Shown in pieces: positions 1 through 9,223 of a stretch of DNA of 64,000 nucleotides; within the stretch, counting starts at the first letter, position 1, and every line of letters starts with the position of its first letter. Under the pieces are notes generated by a model, which did not search any database, was not told the origin of the DNA, and saw only the letters and a program-made list of their open reading frames with translations. Location of the stretch: contig CAXXMB010000001.1 of the NCBI GenBank assembly GCA_963668675.2, positions 256,001-320,000 of the forward strand, in the 5' to 3' direction. Source of the DNA: an uncultured Desulfatitalea sp. (GTDB lineage: Bacteria > Desulfobacterota > Desulfobacteria > Desulfobacterales > Desulfosarcinaceae). The position numbers and the translations under genes are program-made.

Positions 1-705
1 CAGGTCATCCATGGTGTAGTCGTGCTCGATACGGCTCTTATCCATGACGACGGCCCGACGGCACAGTTCGTAGAGAAAGATCAGGTCGTGACTGACGCAG
101 ATCAGTGTGCCGGGGTAGTCTTTGAGCAGATCGAGAAAGACCTGCTCCTGTCGGGGATCGAGGTTGGCGGTGGGCTCATCGAGCAGCAGCACGGAGGGCT
201 GCATGGCCAGAAGGCCGGCCAGTGCGGCCCGCTTTTTCTGCCCGAAACTCAGGTGATGGGGCGCCTTGTAGATTTTGTCTTCCAAGAAGACACGCTGCAG
301 TGCCTTGCGGGCGGTCTTGCGGGCCTCCTCGCGGGAGTGGCCCTGGTGGCGCGGACCGAAGGCGGCGTCATCCAGCAGCGTGTGGCCGAAGAGTTGGTCG
401 TCCGGATCCTGAAAGAGAAGGCCGATCTCGAGTCGGCTTCGTTCCAGGTGTTCACCCTGGAGTTGTTGGTTTTTGTAATGCACCTCTCCGCTGGATGGCA
501 GCAGTAATCCACACAACTGTTTGATCAGAGTAGTCTTTCCGGATCCATTCTGTCCGACAAGAGCGATGCGGTCGCCTGCGGCGATGTCCAGATCGATATC
601 CGACAACGCCACGGTTCCGTCGGCATAGCGATAGGAGAGATCTCGAACGCTGAGCAGAGGGTCGACCACTCCAGGCGGTGGTATGGTTTGCGGAAGTTCG
701 TGCAT
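1..705 (-). CDS. cbiO: ECF Co/Ni transporter ATPase (CbiO/NikO), 3' end runs off the window
   Basis: Not in the ORF track. Manual translation from ATG at 705 gives Walker A GQNGSGKT, signature LSFGQKKR, Walker B LLLDEPTANLD and H-loop VSHDL. Confidence 0.9.
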   Translation of the reverse strand, partial: MHELPQTIPPPGVVDPLLSVRDLSYRYADGTVALSDIDLDIAAGDRIALVGQNGSGKTTLIKQLCGLLLPSSGEVHYKNQQLQGEHLERSRLEIGLLFQDPDDQLFGHTLLDDAAFGPRHQGHSREEARKTARKALQRVFLEDKIYKAPHHLSFGQKKRAALAGLLAMQPSVLLLDEPTANLDPRQEQVFLDLLKDYPGTLICVSHDLIFLYELCRRAVVMDKSRIEHDYTMDDL

Positions 706-717
706 CGTTCTTCTTTC

Positions 718-1638
718 CTACCAGACCAGACGGTCGTAAACGATCAGGCTGACCCCGGCGGTCATCCAGAGTGCGGACCATACCAGGTCCCTGGGCAGCA
801 TGCGCAATTCAACCGGTTCCAGCATGCGGCCCCTGTAGCCGCGTGCGCGCATGGCGTCGAACACCCTTTCGGTGCGTTCAAAACTACGGACAAAGAGCAT
901 CCCCAGAAAGTTGGCCACGGCCTTGAGGGTGGCCATATCGGTGCGTTTGCGAAATCCGCGCACCTGCATGCCCGATGACATGCGGCGGGCTTCGTGACGA
1001 AACACATGCAGATAGCGGTAGCTGAGGAGCAGCATCTGGCCGACCATCTCCGGGGCACCGAGCCGGGAGAGGCCGTAAAGGGTGATCGGCAGGGGGGCCG
1101 TGGAGAGCAGCGGCTCCATCAGCAGGGTGATGGCCACGGCTTTGGCCGCAATCGTGGCGGCCAGCAGAAGACCACGAAGGTTGAATCCGAGCCACCCGAT
1201 CTGGTTGACGACGATCACCTTGTCCCCTTCATGGACCGGAACCGTAAAGGGCATGACCACGAGGAACATGCTGATAAACCCGACGATGGCCAGCAGACGC
1301 AGCAACACACGGGCAAACGAAGCTTTGGAGAGCAGGAGCACGATGCACGATAACCCGACGGCGAAGAGGGCCGGTGTGATATTTCTCAACGATGCGACCA
1401 TGAAGCTGTAGAGAACGATGGTGACGATTTTGCAGCGCACATCCCAGCGGTGCAGCGGAGAGGTTCGGGTTGTGGTTTCAATGGGCGGTACCGACCAATC
1501 CGGCTCTTCTCCAGGCGTACTGCGTGAGCGGACCAGGTAACGCAACCCGGCCACCAGGGCCCCCAACACAAGTGATGGGATGAGGATCAGCAGGGGCAAC
1601 TGCCAGAGAGGCATCTGGATATGGATTACATCAGCCAT
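718..1638 (-). CDS. cbiQ: ECF transporter T component (CbiQ/NikQ) with an N-terminal hydrophobic extension
   Basis: Motifs SPLHRWDVRCK, LSYRYLHVF, MQVRGF and AMRARGY. Start moved to ATG 1638, which overlaps the cbiM stop. Confidence 0.88.
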   Translation of the reverse strand: MADVIHIQMPLWQLPLLILIPSLVLGALVAGLRYLVRSRSTPGEEPDWSVPPIETTTRTSPLHRWDVRCKIVTIVLYSFMVASLRNITPALFAVGLSCIVLLLSKASFARVLLRLLAIVGFISMFLVVMPFTVPVHEGDKVIVVNQIGWLGFNLRGLLLAATIAAKAVAITLLMEPLLSTAPLPITLYGLSRLGAPEMVGQMLLLSYRYLHVFRHEARRMSSGMQVRGFRKRTDMATLKAVANFLGMLFVRSFERTERVFDAMRARGYRGRMLEPVELRMLPRDLVWSALWMTAGVSLIVYDRLVW

Positions 1639-2260
1639 GAGGCCTCTTGGAGAGGTGGGCAAACGAGGGTTGCAACAGAGCCGGCTTGACCTTCGCCAGG
1701 AAGCCGATGGTAAAGGCACTGATCGCAGCCTCAATGAGGATGACCGGCAAATGCGCCACCATGGCAATTTGAGCCACACCGAAGAAGTCTTCTCCCCCGG
1801 TGGCCAACAGCGCGGCGAGTATCGCTGCTGCCAATATCGTTCCCCCTGCGCCAGCCATACCACCAACCGCGACTTGCCGGGAGCGTGTATTGCCTTTGAA
1901 CCTCTGGAAAAACCATCCGCATGCCAGGGCCGGCAATCCCATCATCAGGGCGTTTGCGCCCAGTGCTGTCAATCCGCCGAATTGGAACAACAAACTTTGC
2001 AACAACAACCCCAGTCCGATGGAGAGAAAAGCCGAGGGGCCCAACAGGGCACCGGTCAGGCCAGGTATCAGCAGGTGGACGCTGGTAGGCCCGAACGGCA
2101 CATGGATGAGCGAAGCGACAAAGAAGGCCGCTGTCACAACTGCCAGCTTGGGCAACTCTTCGCTGTGGGCTTGTCGGGCGCTCCACGCCGCTATGGCCGC
2201 ACTGGCCACATAGCCACCGATGGTAACGGAGATGGGAAGTACCCCATCGGAAATATGCAT
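1631..2260 (-). CDS. cbiM: ECF Co/Ni S component (CbiM/NikM)
   Basis: N-terminal MHISDGVL with the metal-binding His2, plus SVHL and GGLTALGAN; multiple TM helices. Confidence 0.92.
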   Translation of the reverse strand: MHISDGVLPISVTIGGYVASAAIAAWSARQAHSEELPKLAVVTAAFFVASLIHVPFGPTSVHLLIPGLTGALLGPSAFLSIGLGLLLQSLLFQFGGLTALGANALMMGLPALACGWFFQRFKGNTRSRQVAVGGMAGAGGTILAAAILAALLATGGEDFFGVAQIAMVAHLPVILIEAAISAFTIGFLAKVKPALLQPSFAHLSKRPHG

Positions 2261-2263
2261 CTG

Positions 2264-2560
2264 CTACTCCTTGCGTCGGCGTGAAGCGACAAAGGCGGCC
2301 ATTCCGAACAGACCGAGAATATAGCCCAAACCAGAAAAGATATCGTCAAGACCTGGTTTGTCAAGGTCTGCGCGCAATGCCGCTATTTCGCGATGGATGC
2401 GCCTCAGATCGCCGGACAATTTGCCGTTTTGCTCCTTTAGAAGTGTGATGATCTCTTCACACCCCTCCCCGGCTGGTGTTTCAGCGTAGAGCGCATTGGG
2501 CCACATCGCCAGACAAGCCCAGAAGATCATCACAAGAAGCCCCTTGCCTATCGCATTCAT
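2264..2560 (-). CDS. Small exported/membrane protein resembling the C-terminal part of NikL/CbiL-type ECF accessory components
   Basis: Signal peptide, coiled coil and C-terminal TM DIFSGLGYILGLFG; ATGA overlap with the upstream gene. Confidence 0.7.
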   Translation of the reverse strand: MNAIGKGLLVMIFWACLAMWPNALYAETPAGEGCEEIITLLKEQNGKLSGDLRRIHREIAALRADLDKPGLDDIFSGLGYILGLFGMAAFVASRRRKE

Positions 2561-2892
2561 CTGCCTGCCTCCACCTCGGCTTTTTTCAGCGTATAGCTGT
2601 TTTTATGCCCCATGGTGGCATCGAGCACAATGGTTAAATCGTCGACTTTGGGGATATCAAAGTTGAACAACCCCTCTTTGTCTGTTACCCCTTCGAGCAG
2701 AAGGTTCTTGCTGCTGTCGTAGACCTTCACCTTTCCACCTGCCACCGGTCGGCCGTCGGAGAAGTAGCTTTCGGTGTAGACTTTTCCCGCTTCGACATAG
2801 GCAAACAGGCTGACTTTATGGGCCATCGCCGTTCCCGCCAGAAGCAATATCGCTACTGCCGAAACCACAATATACTTCCAAGATGCTCTCAT
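2557..2892 (-). CDS. Periplasmic protein resembling the N-terminal part of NikL-type accessory components
   Basis: Signal peptide AMA|H, then HKVSLFAYVE...TESYFSDG...G.TD.EG.F...MGH. Confidence 0.75.
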   Translation of the reverse strand: MRASWKYIVVSAVAILLLAGTAMAHKVSLFAYVEAGKVYTESYFSDGRPVAGGKVKVYDSSKNLLLEGVTDKEGLFNFDIPKVDDLTIVLDATMGHKNSYTLKKAEVEAGR

Positions 2893-2984
2893 AGACCGAA
2901 CCCCCTTGTTTCAATATCCCATATGCGTTGTGACCTTTAAAGGTGCCCCTGTTTGCAGGTCCGACACCCTTGAAGGATAGACTT

Positions 2985-3791
2985 CTATTTCATATCTCTG
3001 GTTCGGACCCAGAAGACGGCACCAATCTCGACACCCTTTTCCTCGTTTTTATGCTTCAATTTCCAATCGGCCTCATTGAGCGCCGCAAAGCCCCACCATC
3101 CAGCTCTGGGCATGGCGTAGCTGAAGACACCGTTGGTATCGGCCTTGACCACCTGGGTAACATAGGCATCGGCCGGTGGATGCACAACAGAGGGGTTTCC
3201 GGGAGACTCGTTCAGGTACTCCACCTCCACCTCGGCAAAGGGCACCGGTTTGCCCTTCAAAAGCACCTGGCCGGTGAAGAGGTTGTTGGTCCACAGCCCG
3301 TAGGGACGGGTCAGGGGGACGATTTCGGTCTCCAGACCAAGGGGTTCATCCCACCCCTCTTCCAGACCGAAGGCGTTGACGCAAACCTTGGTATAGTGAA
3401 CGATAAACACATCCTCGGCCGGCTCCCAATAGGGGGTGGGTTCCACAAAGAACGTGTAATCGCCCGGCCTGCGGATCTTATAGTCGGCTTCCCAGAAGGT
3501 GAAGCTTCGATCCTGGTCCGCGCCTTTCCCCTTGGCCTCTTTCAGCGCACCCAGCAGATCTTTTTTATTCCCATTATGGACTACGCCGAACTTTTTGGGT
3601 TTTGCCATCTCCATGTAGTGCATCTCAAGGGGATGGGTGAATTTGATCTCAATATTCAGGGTCTTCGAATCGTCCTGGGAGACGATGTCATCCGAAGGGA
3701 TGACTGTGCCGAAGTGAGCCGATGCGGATACGGCACATAGCGTCATCATTACAAAGAACAGAATCGAAATATATATACGAGTTGCACGCAT
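2985..3791 (-). CDS. DUF4198 / NikK-like periplasmic Ni/Co uptake component
   Basis: Signal peptide [31 protein letters not shown] and [17 protein letters not shown] before ATG 3791. Confidence 0.85.
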   Translation of the reverse strand: MRATRIYISILFFVMMTLCAVSASAHFGTVIPSDDIVSQDDSKTLNIEIKFTHPLEMHYMEMAKPKKFGVVHNGNKKDLLGALKEAKGKGADQDRSFTFWEADYKIRRPGDYTFFVEPTPYWEPAEDVFIVHYTKVCVNAFGLEEGWDEPLGLETEIVPLTRPYGLWTNNLFTGQVLLKGKPVPFAEVEVEYLNESPGNPSVVHPPADAYVTQVVKADTNGVFSYAMPRAGWWGFAALNEADWKLKHKNEEKGVEIGAVFWVRTRDMK

Positions 3792-3848
3792 GTTAATCTC
3801 CTCCATGAATTGAATGGTTCAAACCTGAGCCAGCTCCCACAGCCATCT

Positions 3849-3880
3849 TCCCCCTTTGAAAAAGGGGGACACAGGGGGAT
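3849..3880. repeat. REP-like palindrome TCCCCCTTT-GAA-AAAGGGGGA followed by CACAGGGGGAT
   Basis: Perfect 9-bp stem plus an extra AGGGGGAT arm, intergenic inside the operon. Confidence 0.65.
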
Positions 3881-3916
3881 CTTTTAAATAACTCTCTCCT
3901 TTTACCCCTGGGTGGA

Positions 3917-5053
3917 TTAAAACTCGACAGCCAACTGGGCCGTGATCGTATCGACTTCATTGCCGTCATTCTCATATTCGTCGTGCATGTACTCCAGAGC
4001 CAGGTTGGTGTTGTCGAAAAAGCCCCAGTTGACCACGCCGCCATACTGGGTTTCGGGCAAGAACTCTCCTCCGTCGTCCGAGCCACCGTAGCGCACGGCC
4101 AGTTCCAGGGCGTCGATCACCATGGCCCCGAACTCCACGTTCCAGGCCGACGGCTCGCGCGCCAGCGTTTCGGTGTTGGCGTAGATCTCACCGGCCACAA
4201 ATTCGTCCAAAGCCGCCGTGTACTCTCCGATCAGCCGGAAGCGGTCGAGAAACTCGAAGGTGACGAAGGCGCTCCAACCGGCGACCATCTCCTCGACGGG
4301 ATCCACTTCGCCGTCACTATCTCTGTCGGTAACCGTCTCGGAAAAGCTGTCTGATGAGGTCAGGTCCGAGATGTAGGAGACTCCCAGCGTCAACCCCTCC
4401 AGCGGTTGGGCCGACACACTGGCCACATAGCCGTCGATCATGTCGTCGTCGCCCGCCTCGCCGATCTTGCTGTTGAACGCGCCCACGGCAATGTCCACCA
4501 GGTCGCCGCCGATGCGGTAGCCGAGCACCAGCGCACCCTCGTTGGTCTCGCCCAGCACCAGCGTGTTGGGATCGGTGACGAAGTGGCTGTCGTAGTTGCC
4601 AAACGGCACATACTGGCGCCCGGCGATCAGATAGGCGGGAAATGCCTCGCTGCCGGTCAGGGTGATAAAGCCCTCGTCCACGAACACGTCATCGTCTTCG
4701 TACTTGAACAGCACGTGGCCGTCCACGTGATCGATGATCCTGGCATCGATGGCCAGCTCGACGGTGGCCAGGTCTACATCACTGCTATCCTCATCGTCGG
4801 TGGCCGGGTCGTTGTCGTCGACCGTCTGGTAGTTGGCTTCCACTTCGATCACGCCGCTGATCTGGATGCGGTCGAACCAGCTGGGGCCGGCTACATCCCG
4901 GCCGTTGGCATCTTCGAGTTGCGCCACGCGATCTTCAAGGCTCTTGACGCCGCCCGCCTTTGTTTCGGCTGCCGATGCATTCATGGCCATAACCGAGATG
5001 CTCAATCCCAACATCAATACGAGATACGACAACCACACAACACCTCTCTTCAT
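3917..5053 (-). CDS. LbtU-like outer-membrane porin
   Basis: Signal peptide, short coiled coil, ISGVIEVEA, DLATVEL, GRQYVPFG...DPNTLVLGET, C-terminal Phe (QLAVEF); SD AAAGGAG before ATG 5053. Confidence 0.8.
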   Translation of the reverse strand: MKRGVVWLSYLVLMLGLSISVMAMNASAAETKAGGVKSLEDRVAQLEDANGRDVAGPSWFDRIQISGVIEVEANYQTVDDNDPATDDEDSSDVDLATVELAIDARIIDHVDGHVLFKYEDDDVFVDEGFITLTGSEAFPAYLIAGRQYVPFGNYDSHFVTDPNTLVLGETNEGALVLGYRIGGDLVDIAVGAFNSKIGEAGDDDMIDGYVASVSAQPLEGLTLGVSYISDLTSSDSFSETVTDRDSDGEVDPVEEMVAGWSAFVTFEFLDRFRLIGEYTAALDEFVAGEIYANTETLAREPSAWNVEFGAMVIDALELAVRYGGSDDGGEFLPETQYGGVVNWGFFDNTNLALEYMHDEYENDGNEVDTITAQLAVEF

Positions 5054-5144
5054 TATAAACGCTCCTTTCTGTAATGTTCCAACTGCATCTTCCATAATAT
5101 AGGTTGTGAAAATAGTTGGTTGTCACCTTGTGCGAGGCCCGGAA

Positions 5145-5196
5145 CAAAAAAACCACGAAGACCGGGTCGCAGTATGAAAGACCAGCCTTCGTGGCT
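5145..5196 (-). terminator. Terminator/attenuator-like hairpin in the leader of the Ni/Co operon
   Basis: Minus strand reads CCACGAAGGCTGGTC-loop-GACCCGGTCTTCGTGG-TTTTTTT, about 90 nt upstream of the first start codon. Confidence 0.65.
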
Positions 5197-5312
5197 TGTT
5201 GTTACCAAGATTGTTTTTATTGCAGTGGGAACTTCTGCCCCCGAATTTCGGTAAATATAGAGGGGGAGGGGGATTGAGTCAATAATTAAAAAAATCAAAT
5301 GGCGCGATTGGA

Positions 5313-5338
5313 AGTGTTCACTTTTAGTGTTCACTTTT
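5313..5338. repeat. Perfect tandem 13-bp repeat (AGTGTTCACTTTT)x2, possible operator
   Basis: Read directly in the AT-rich divergent intergenic region. Confidence 0.6.
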
Positions 5339-5465
5339 AAGGAGCATCATCCATGACGCCAAACCTGGTTGACGCAACCATGTGCCGCATGGTAAAAATC
5401 CGCTTTAATATTAGAACGGTATAAAACAAATCGAATGAGACGGGTAACGAGGTTGCCTTAGGGAG

Positions 5466-6308
5466 TTGAAGGCGGCGATACTCGGGGTTGCCAAGCGTGT
5501 GGAAGCAAAGACTTTGGGGAAATTAAATCAAAAGCACAGTCGCGGCGGTCCAAATCATTCGGGCTCACCGGTGTTATGCGCGCGGGAGTTGAGTAAGCGG
5601 TACCGGGGCATGGCCAACATTGCCCTGCGTTCATTGGACCTGACCGTTCGAGCTGGAGAAATATTTGGATTTCTAGGCCCAAATGGCGCCGGCAAGACCA
5701 CCGCCATATCGGTGATGAGCACGCTACTGAGGCCGACGGCAGGGCGTGTTGAGATTTGCGGATTGGATGCCTTCCGAAACATCCGCCAGGTGCGCAGCCT
5801 GATTGGGGTGGTTCCCCAGGACATCGCACTGTTCGACACCCTCACTGCATCTGAAAATTTGGCATACTTTGGTCGCCTGTACGGGCTCGGCGGTGACGAC
5901 CTTGTAGAGGCGGTCCGGAGTGCCCTCGATGTGACCGGTCTGGCCGAGCGCAGCCACGATACGGTGGGCACTTTTTCGGGGGGCATGAAGCGCCGCATCA
6001 ATCTGGCGGTGGGTATTTTGCACCGGCCCCAGTTGCTCTTTCTCGACGAGCCGACGGTGGGTATTGATGCCCAGTCGCGCAACAAGATCATGGAAAACCT
6101 GCTCTGGCTGAAAGAGCAGGGCACCACCATGATCTACACCACCCACTACATGGAAGAGGTGCAACGGCTCTGTTCGCGTCTGGCAATTATCGACGAAGGG
6201 CAGATCATCGCCAAGGACGAGACGGGGAATCTGTTGGCCCAGCATCCGGACTGCGGCGATCTGGGCGAGCTTTTTCTGAAACTGACCGGGCATCGGCTCC
6301 GCGATTGA
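5466..6308 (+). CDS. ABC exporter ATP-binding protein (start uncertain)
   Basis: GPNGAGKT, FSGGMKRR, LFLDEPTVGID and YTTHYMEE motifs. Confidence 0.9.
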   Translation: MKAAILGVAKRVEAKTLGKLNQKHSRGGPNHSGSPVLCARELSKRYRGMANIALRSLDLTVRAGEIFGFLGPNGAGKTTAISVMSTLLRPTAGRVEICGLDAFRNIRQVRSLIGVVPQDIALFDTLTASENLAYFGRLYGLGGDDLVEAVRSALDVTGLAERSHDTVGTFSGGMKRRINLAVGILHRPQLLFLDEPTVGIDAQSRNKIMENLLWLKEQGTTMIYTTHYMEEVQRLCSRLAIIDEGQIIAKDETGNLLAQHPDCGDLGELFLKLTGHRLRD

Positions 6309-6332
6309 AGTGTTTTAAGAGGGAATAATCGA

Positions 6333-7664
6333 TTGATGACCAAATGGCTGGCAACCCTGATCAAAGAGTGGCGTATCCTGTCGCGGGATCGCACCGGCCT
6401 TCTGATGCTGTTTGCCATGCCGGCCGCACTGGTTGTGGCGATGACGCTGGTGCAGGACAATGTGCTGCGCCGGAGCGGCGGCTTGCAGGTGGCCGGCGTG
6501 GTGGTGGATCTGGATGGTGGTGATGTCGGGCAGCGCCTTACTGCGGCGCTGGAAGCCACCGAGGTCGTCGCGTTCAACCGCTTGGTCGATGGGCGCACGC
6601 CTGATCCGGTCGAGGCGGTGGGCTGGATCGAAGAGGGGCGGTTTCAGTTTCTGGCCGTCATTCCGAAGGGGATCACCGGGGTGGTCCGGGAGCGCGTCCA
6701 ACGCCGCATCGACGATCTAATGGGCGGGAATGAGACGGCCGAAATTCCTGATCTCTATTCGGCCGGGGTGACCCTGCACTTCGATCCGACCTTGCGCCAT
6801 GTCTATCGGACGGCGGTGGAAGGGGCTGTTGCCAGGGCGGTGGCCACCGTGCAGACAGGCTTGACGCTGGCGTATCTGGGAGATGCCCTCGATCGAAACT
6901 TGCAGCAGCGCATCGCGGAGGCGACCGGGGGGTATGCTCCCCAGGGACAAAAGCGGCTGGTGCCTTCCCTGGAGAGTGATGCCCTTTTCACTCCTGTGGT
7001 GGATGTCGTCTCCAACGGAGCCGGCATCTCAGGCACTGAGCGGTTGCCGACGGCGGTACAGCAGAATGTGCCGGCCTGGGCGCTTTTCGGCATGTTTTTT
7101 ATTGTGGTGCCGCTGTCTGGTGCGTTGATCCGCGAGCGCCGCGAAGGGATCTGGGCGCGCCTTATGGTGATGCCGGTCTCCAAGACCATCCTGATCCTGG
7201 GAAAGCTTTCCGCTTATGTGGGGGTCTGCCTGGTGCAGTTCGTCTGCATCGTGCTGGTAGGCAAGTGGTTGTTGCCGCTGATGGGTACCGACACGTTCAT
7301 TCTGGGGGAGCATAAGGGGGCCATCATTCTGGTGGCGGTGTGCAGTGCGCTGGCTGCCAACGGTTTTGGCCTGATGCTGGGGGTGCTTGCGAGGACCAAT
7401 GAGCAGGCTGCCATTCTCGGGCCACTTTGCGTTGTGATTGCTGCTGCTCTGGGGGGGATCATGGTGCCGGTTTTTGCCATGCCTCAGATCATGCAGGTCA
7501 TCAGCCGGGGATCGCCATTGGCGTGGGCCCATGAGGCATTCATGGATCTTCTGGTGCGTGAAAGCAGTGTTTTTCAGATATGGGGGAACTTGTCTCTATT
7601 GCTGCTCTTCTTTCTTCTTACATTAGTGGTATCGATTGTTGCTTTAAAAAAGATCCATAACTAG
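6333..7664 (+). CDS. ABC-2 type permease of the kind found in dar clusters
   Basis: IKEWRILSRD, a large periplasmic loop, VQQNVPAWALFGMFFIV, ALGGIMVP and SPLAWA. Confidence 0.85.
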   Translation: MMTKWLATLIKEWRILSRDRTGLLMLFAMPAALVVAMTLVQDNVLRRSGGLQVAGVVVDLDGGDVGQRLTAALEATEVVAFNRLVDGRTPDPVEAVGWIEEGRFQFLAVIPKGITGVVRERVQRRIDDLMGGNETAEIPDLYSAGVTLHFDPTLRHVYRTAVEGAVARAVATVQTGLTLAYLGDALDRNLQQRIAEATGGYAPQGQKRLVPSLESDALFTPVVDVVSNGAGISGTERLPTAVQQNVPAWALFGMFFIVVPLSGALIRERREGIWARLMVMPVSKTILILGKLSAYVGVCLVQFVCIVLVGKWLLPLMGTDTFILGEHKGAIILVAVCSALAANGFGLMLGVLARTNEQAAILGPLCVVIAAALGGIMVPVFAMPQIMQVISRGSPLAWAHEAFMDLLVRESSVFQIWGNLSLLLLFFLLTLVVSIVALKKIHN

Positions 7665-7673
7665 GTTTGCGCC

Positions 7674-7865
7674 GGTTTGTCCATCAGGTCGTATGAGTTC
7701 TCCATGCGACGCTTAATGCTTTAACTGCCGCTAAGATGCGCTGCGGGCGGTTCGCAAACTCGTTGCGCTCAAACAGTGCGAACCGCTGTTCCTCCGCTGC
7801 ATCTAAGCGGCAGTAAAACCATACGCTGAAGGCATGGAGAACTCATACGACCTGATAGACAAACC
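7674..7865. repeat. 192-nt nested inverted repeat (MITE-like or structured RNA)
   Basis: 34-bp outer arms with 1 mismatch, ~19-bp middle arms, perfect 10-bp inner arms GCGGTTCGCA/TGCGAACCGC. Confidence 0.85.
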
Positions 7866-7924
7866 TCTATCGTTGGTTTGATGTTTCTGTTTTAATTTTC
7901 GGTTTAATATAAAGAAGGCAATGG

Positions 7925-7957
7925 CGAAAAATCACCGGGCGGGTTTTACCCCGCCCA
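7925..7957 (-). terminator. Probable intrinsic terminator of darAB
   Basis: GGGCGGG/CCCGCCC stem followed on the minus strand by GGTGATTTTT. Confidence 0.5.
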
Positions 7958-7976
7958 GAGTTGTTTTAGGATGAGG

Positions 7977-9131
7977 CTATTTCGAAGGATCAACCACCTC
8001 GAGAAGCATAAAGCAATGGGCGAAACGGCCGCTTTCGGGGATGAAGCAGAGCAGTTTCTGCCCGTGGGACAGATTACCGCTGTGAAGCAGCTCTTCCAAA
8101 ATGATAAAGATGGCAGCGCTGCCCGTATTGCCTTTGGTCGGCAGGTTGGTGAACCACCGTTCGTAGGGGATTTCGAAACCAACCTTTTTCATGCCCTCGT
8201 AGAATCGCGGCCGGAAGTAGGCCGAGGAGTAGTGAGGCAGGAACCAGTCGACCTGTTCAGGGGTGAGGTCGTGTTTTTGCACGGCGCTGGAGAGCGCTCT
8301 TCCCATGGTGGGTACGATATGTTTGTCCAGGATCTTTATGTCCTGGCGTACGTTGAAAAGGTAGCGGTTTTGCGCTTCGGGAATGTCTTCCATTTTGCGC
8401 CAGCCGGTCATGCTGCCGTCTTCGTCTTTGACCCCGCCGCCGTACATGCAGGTTTCAAGCTCTCCCGAGAAGGCGTAGTGTTCGATCCATTCGATGCGCA
8501 AGTTGAGGCGGTTCTGCGCCATCTGGTTGGAGAGGTAGACGGCGCCGGCGCCGTCGGAGAGCATCCAGCGCAGGAAGTCGGCGTCAAAGGCGCGGATGGG
8601 GGTCTTTTCCAGATCGACGTCCTTGTGGCCGTTTCCTTTAAAGAAGGCGGAGCGCATATAGGAGGAGGCCAGCTCCGATCCGGTGGCCACGGCATTGGTG
8701 CTGCACCCGGCGAGGACATTGAGATAGGCGAACTTCATGGCGGTCATACCTGAGAGGCAGATGCCGCTGGTGGTGACCGCTTCGATGGGCGGCAGTTTCA
8801 ATTCACCCATGACCATGAGGGCGTGACCGGGGAAGTTGAGGTCCGGGCTGGTGGTGCCGCAGCAGAGGCATTGGATCTCCTCGGCGTTGAAGCTGTCATG
8901 GGGGGCCAGGCGTCGAACGGCCTCAGCGGTCAGTTGGGCGTTGGTATGGGTCAAACGTCCGGTCTCAGGATCTATGGCATAATAACGATTTTCGATTTTG
9001 TTGTTTCTTAGAACCATTTTTTTGGTTCGCGAGGGCAGGTCTTTTACCTTGCCCAGGACATTCTCGATGGCATCGTTGTCGACCGGATCGTTGGGCATGA
9101 AAGCTGCTACGTCTTGAATGTAAACGCTCAT
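7977..9131 (-). CDS. darB: DarB/StlD-family beta-ketoacyl-ACP synthase III
   Basis: Cys-His-Asn triad (SGICLSG, LPHYSS, GNTGSA) plus DFLRWMLSDGAGA and IPESGRF; adjacent to darA. Confidence 0.88.
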   Translation of the reverse strand: MSVYIQDVAAFMPNDPVDNDAIENVLGKVKDLPSRTKKMVLRNNKIENRYYAIDPETGRLTHTNAQLTAEAVRRLAPHDSFNAEEIQCLCCGTTSPDLNFPGHALMVMGELKLPPIEAVTTSGICLSGMTAMKFAYLNVLAGCSTNAVATGSELASSYMRSAFFKGNGHKDVDLEKTPIRAFDADFLRWMLSDGAGAVYLSNQMAQNRLNLRIEWIEHYAFSGELETCMYGGGVKDEDGSMTGWRKMEDIPEAQNRYLFNVRQDIKILDKHIVPTMGRALSSAVQKHDLTPEQVDWFLPHYSSAYFRPRFYEGMKKVGFEIPYERWFTNLPTKGNTGSAAIFIILEELLHSGNLSHGQKLLCFIPESGRFAHCFMLLEVVDPSK

Positions 9132-9223
9132 ATTGTTCTGTATTCCTTTGGAGGTATCGTTCGCACGGCGCTTATTAAAAGCAGCCGTACGTTTCGGGTT
9201 TAATTAAGGTTTATTTAAAACGC

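Noticed and set aside
5053..5334. Leader-peptide ORF before the Ni/Co operon
   Set aside because: No SD and no regulatory codon run; likely spurious.
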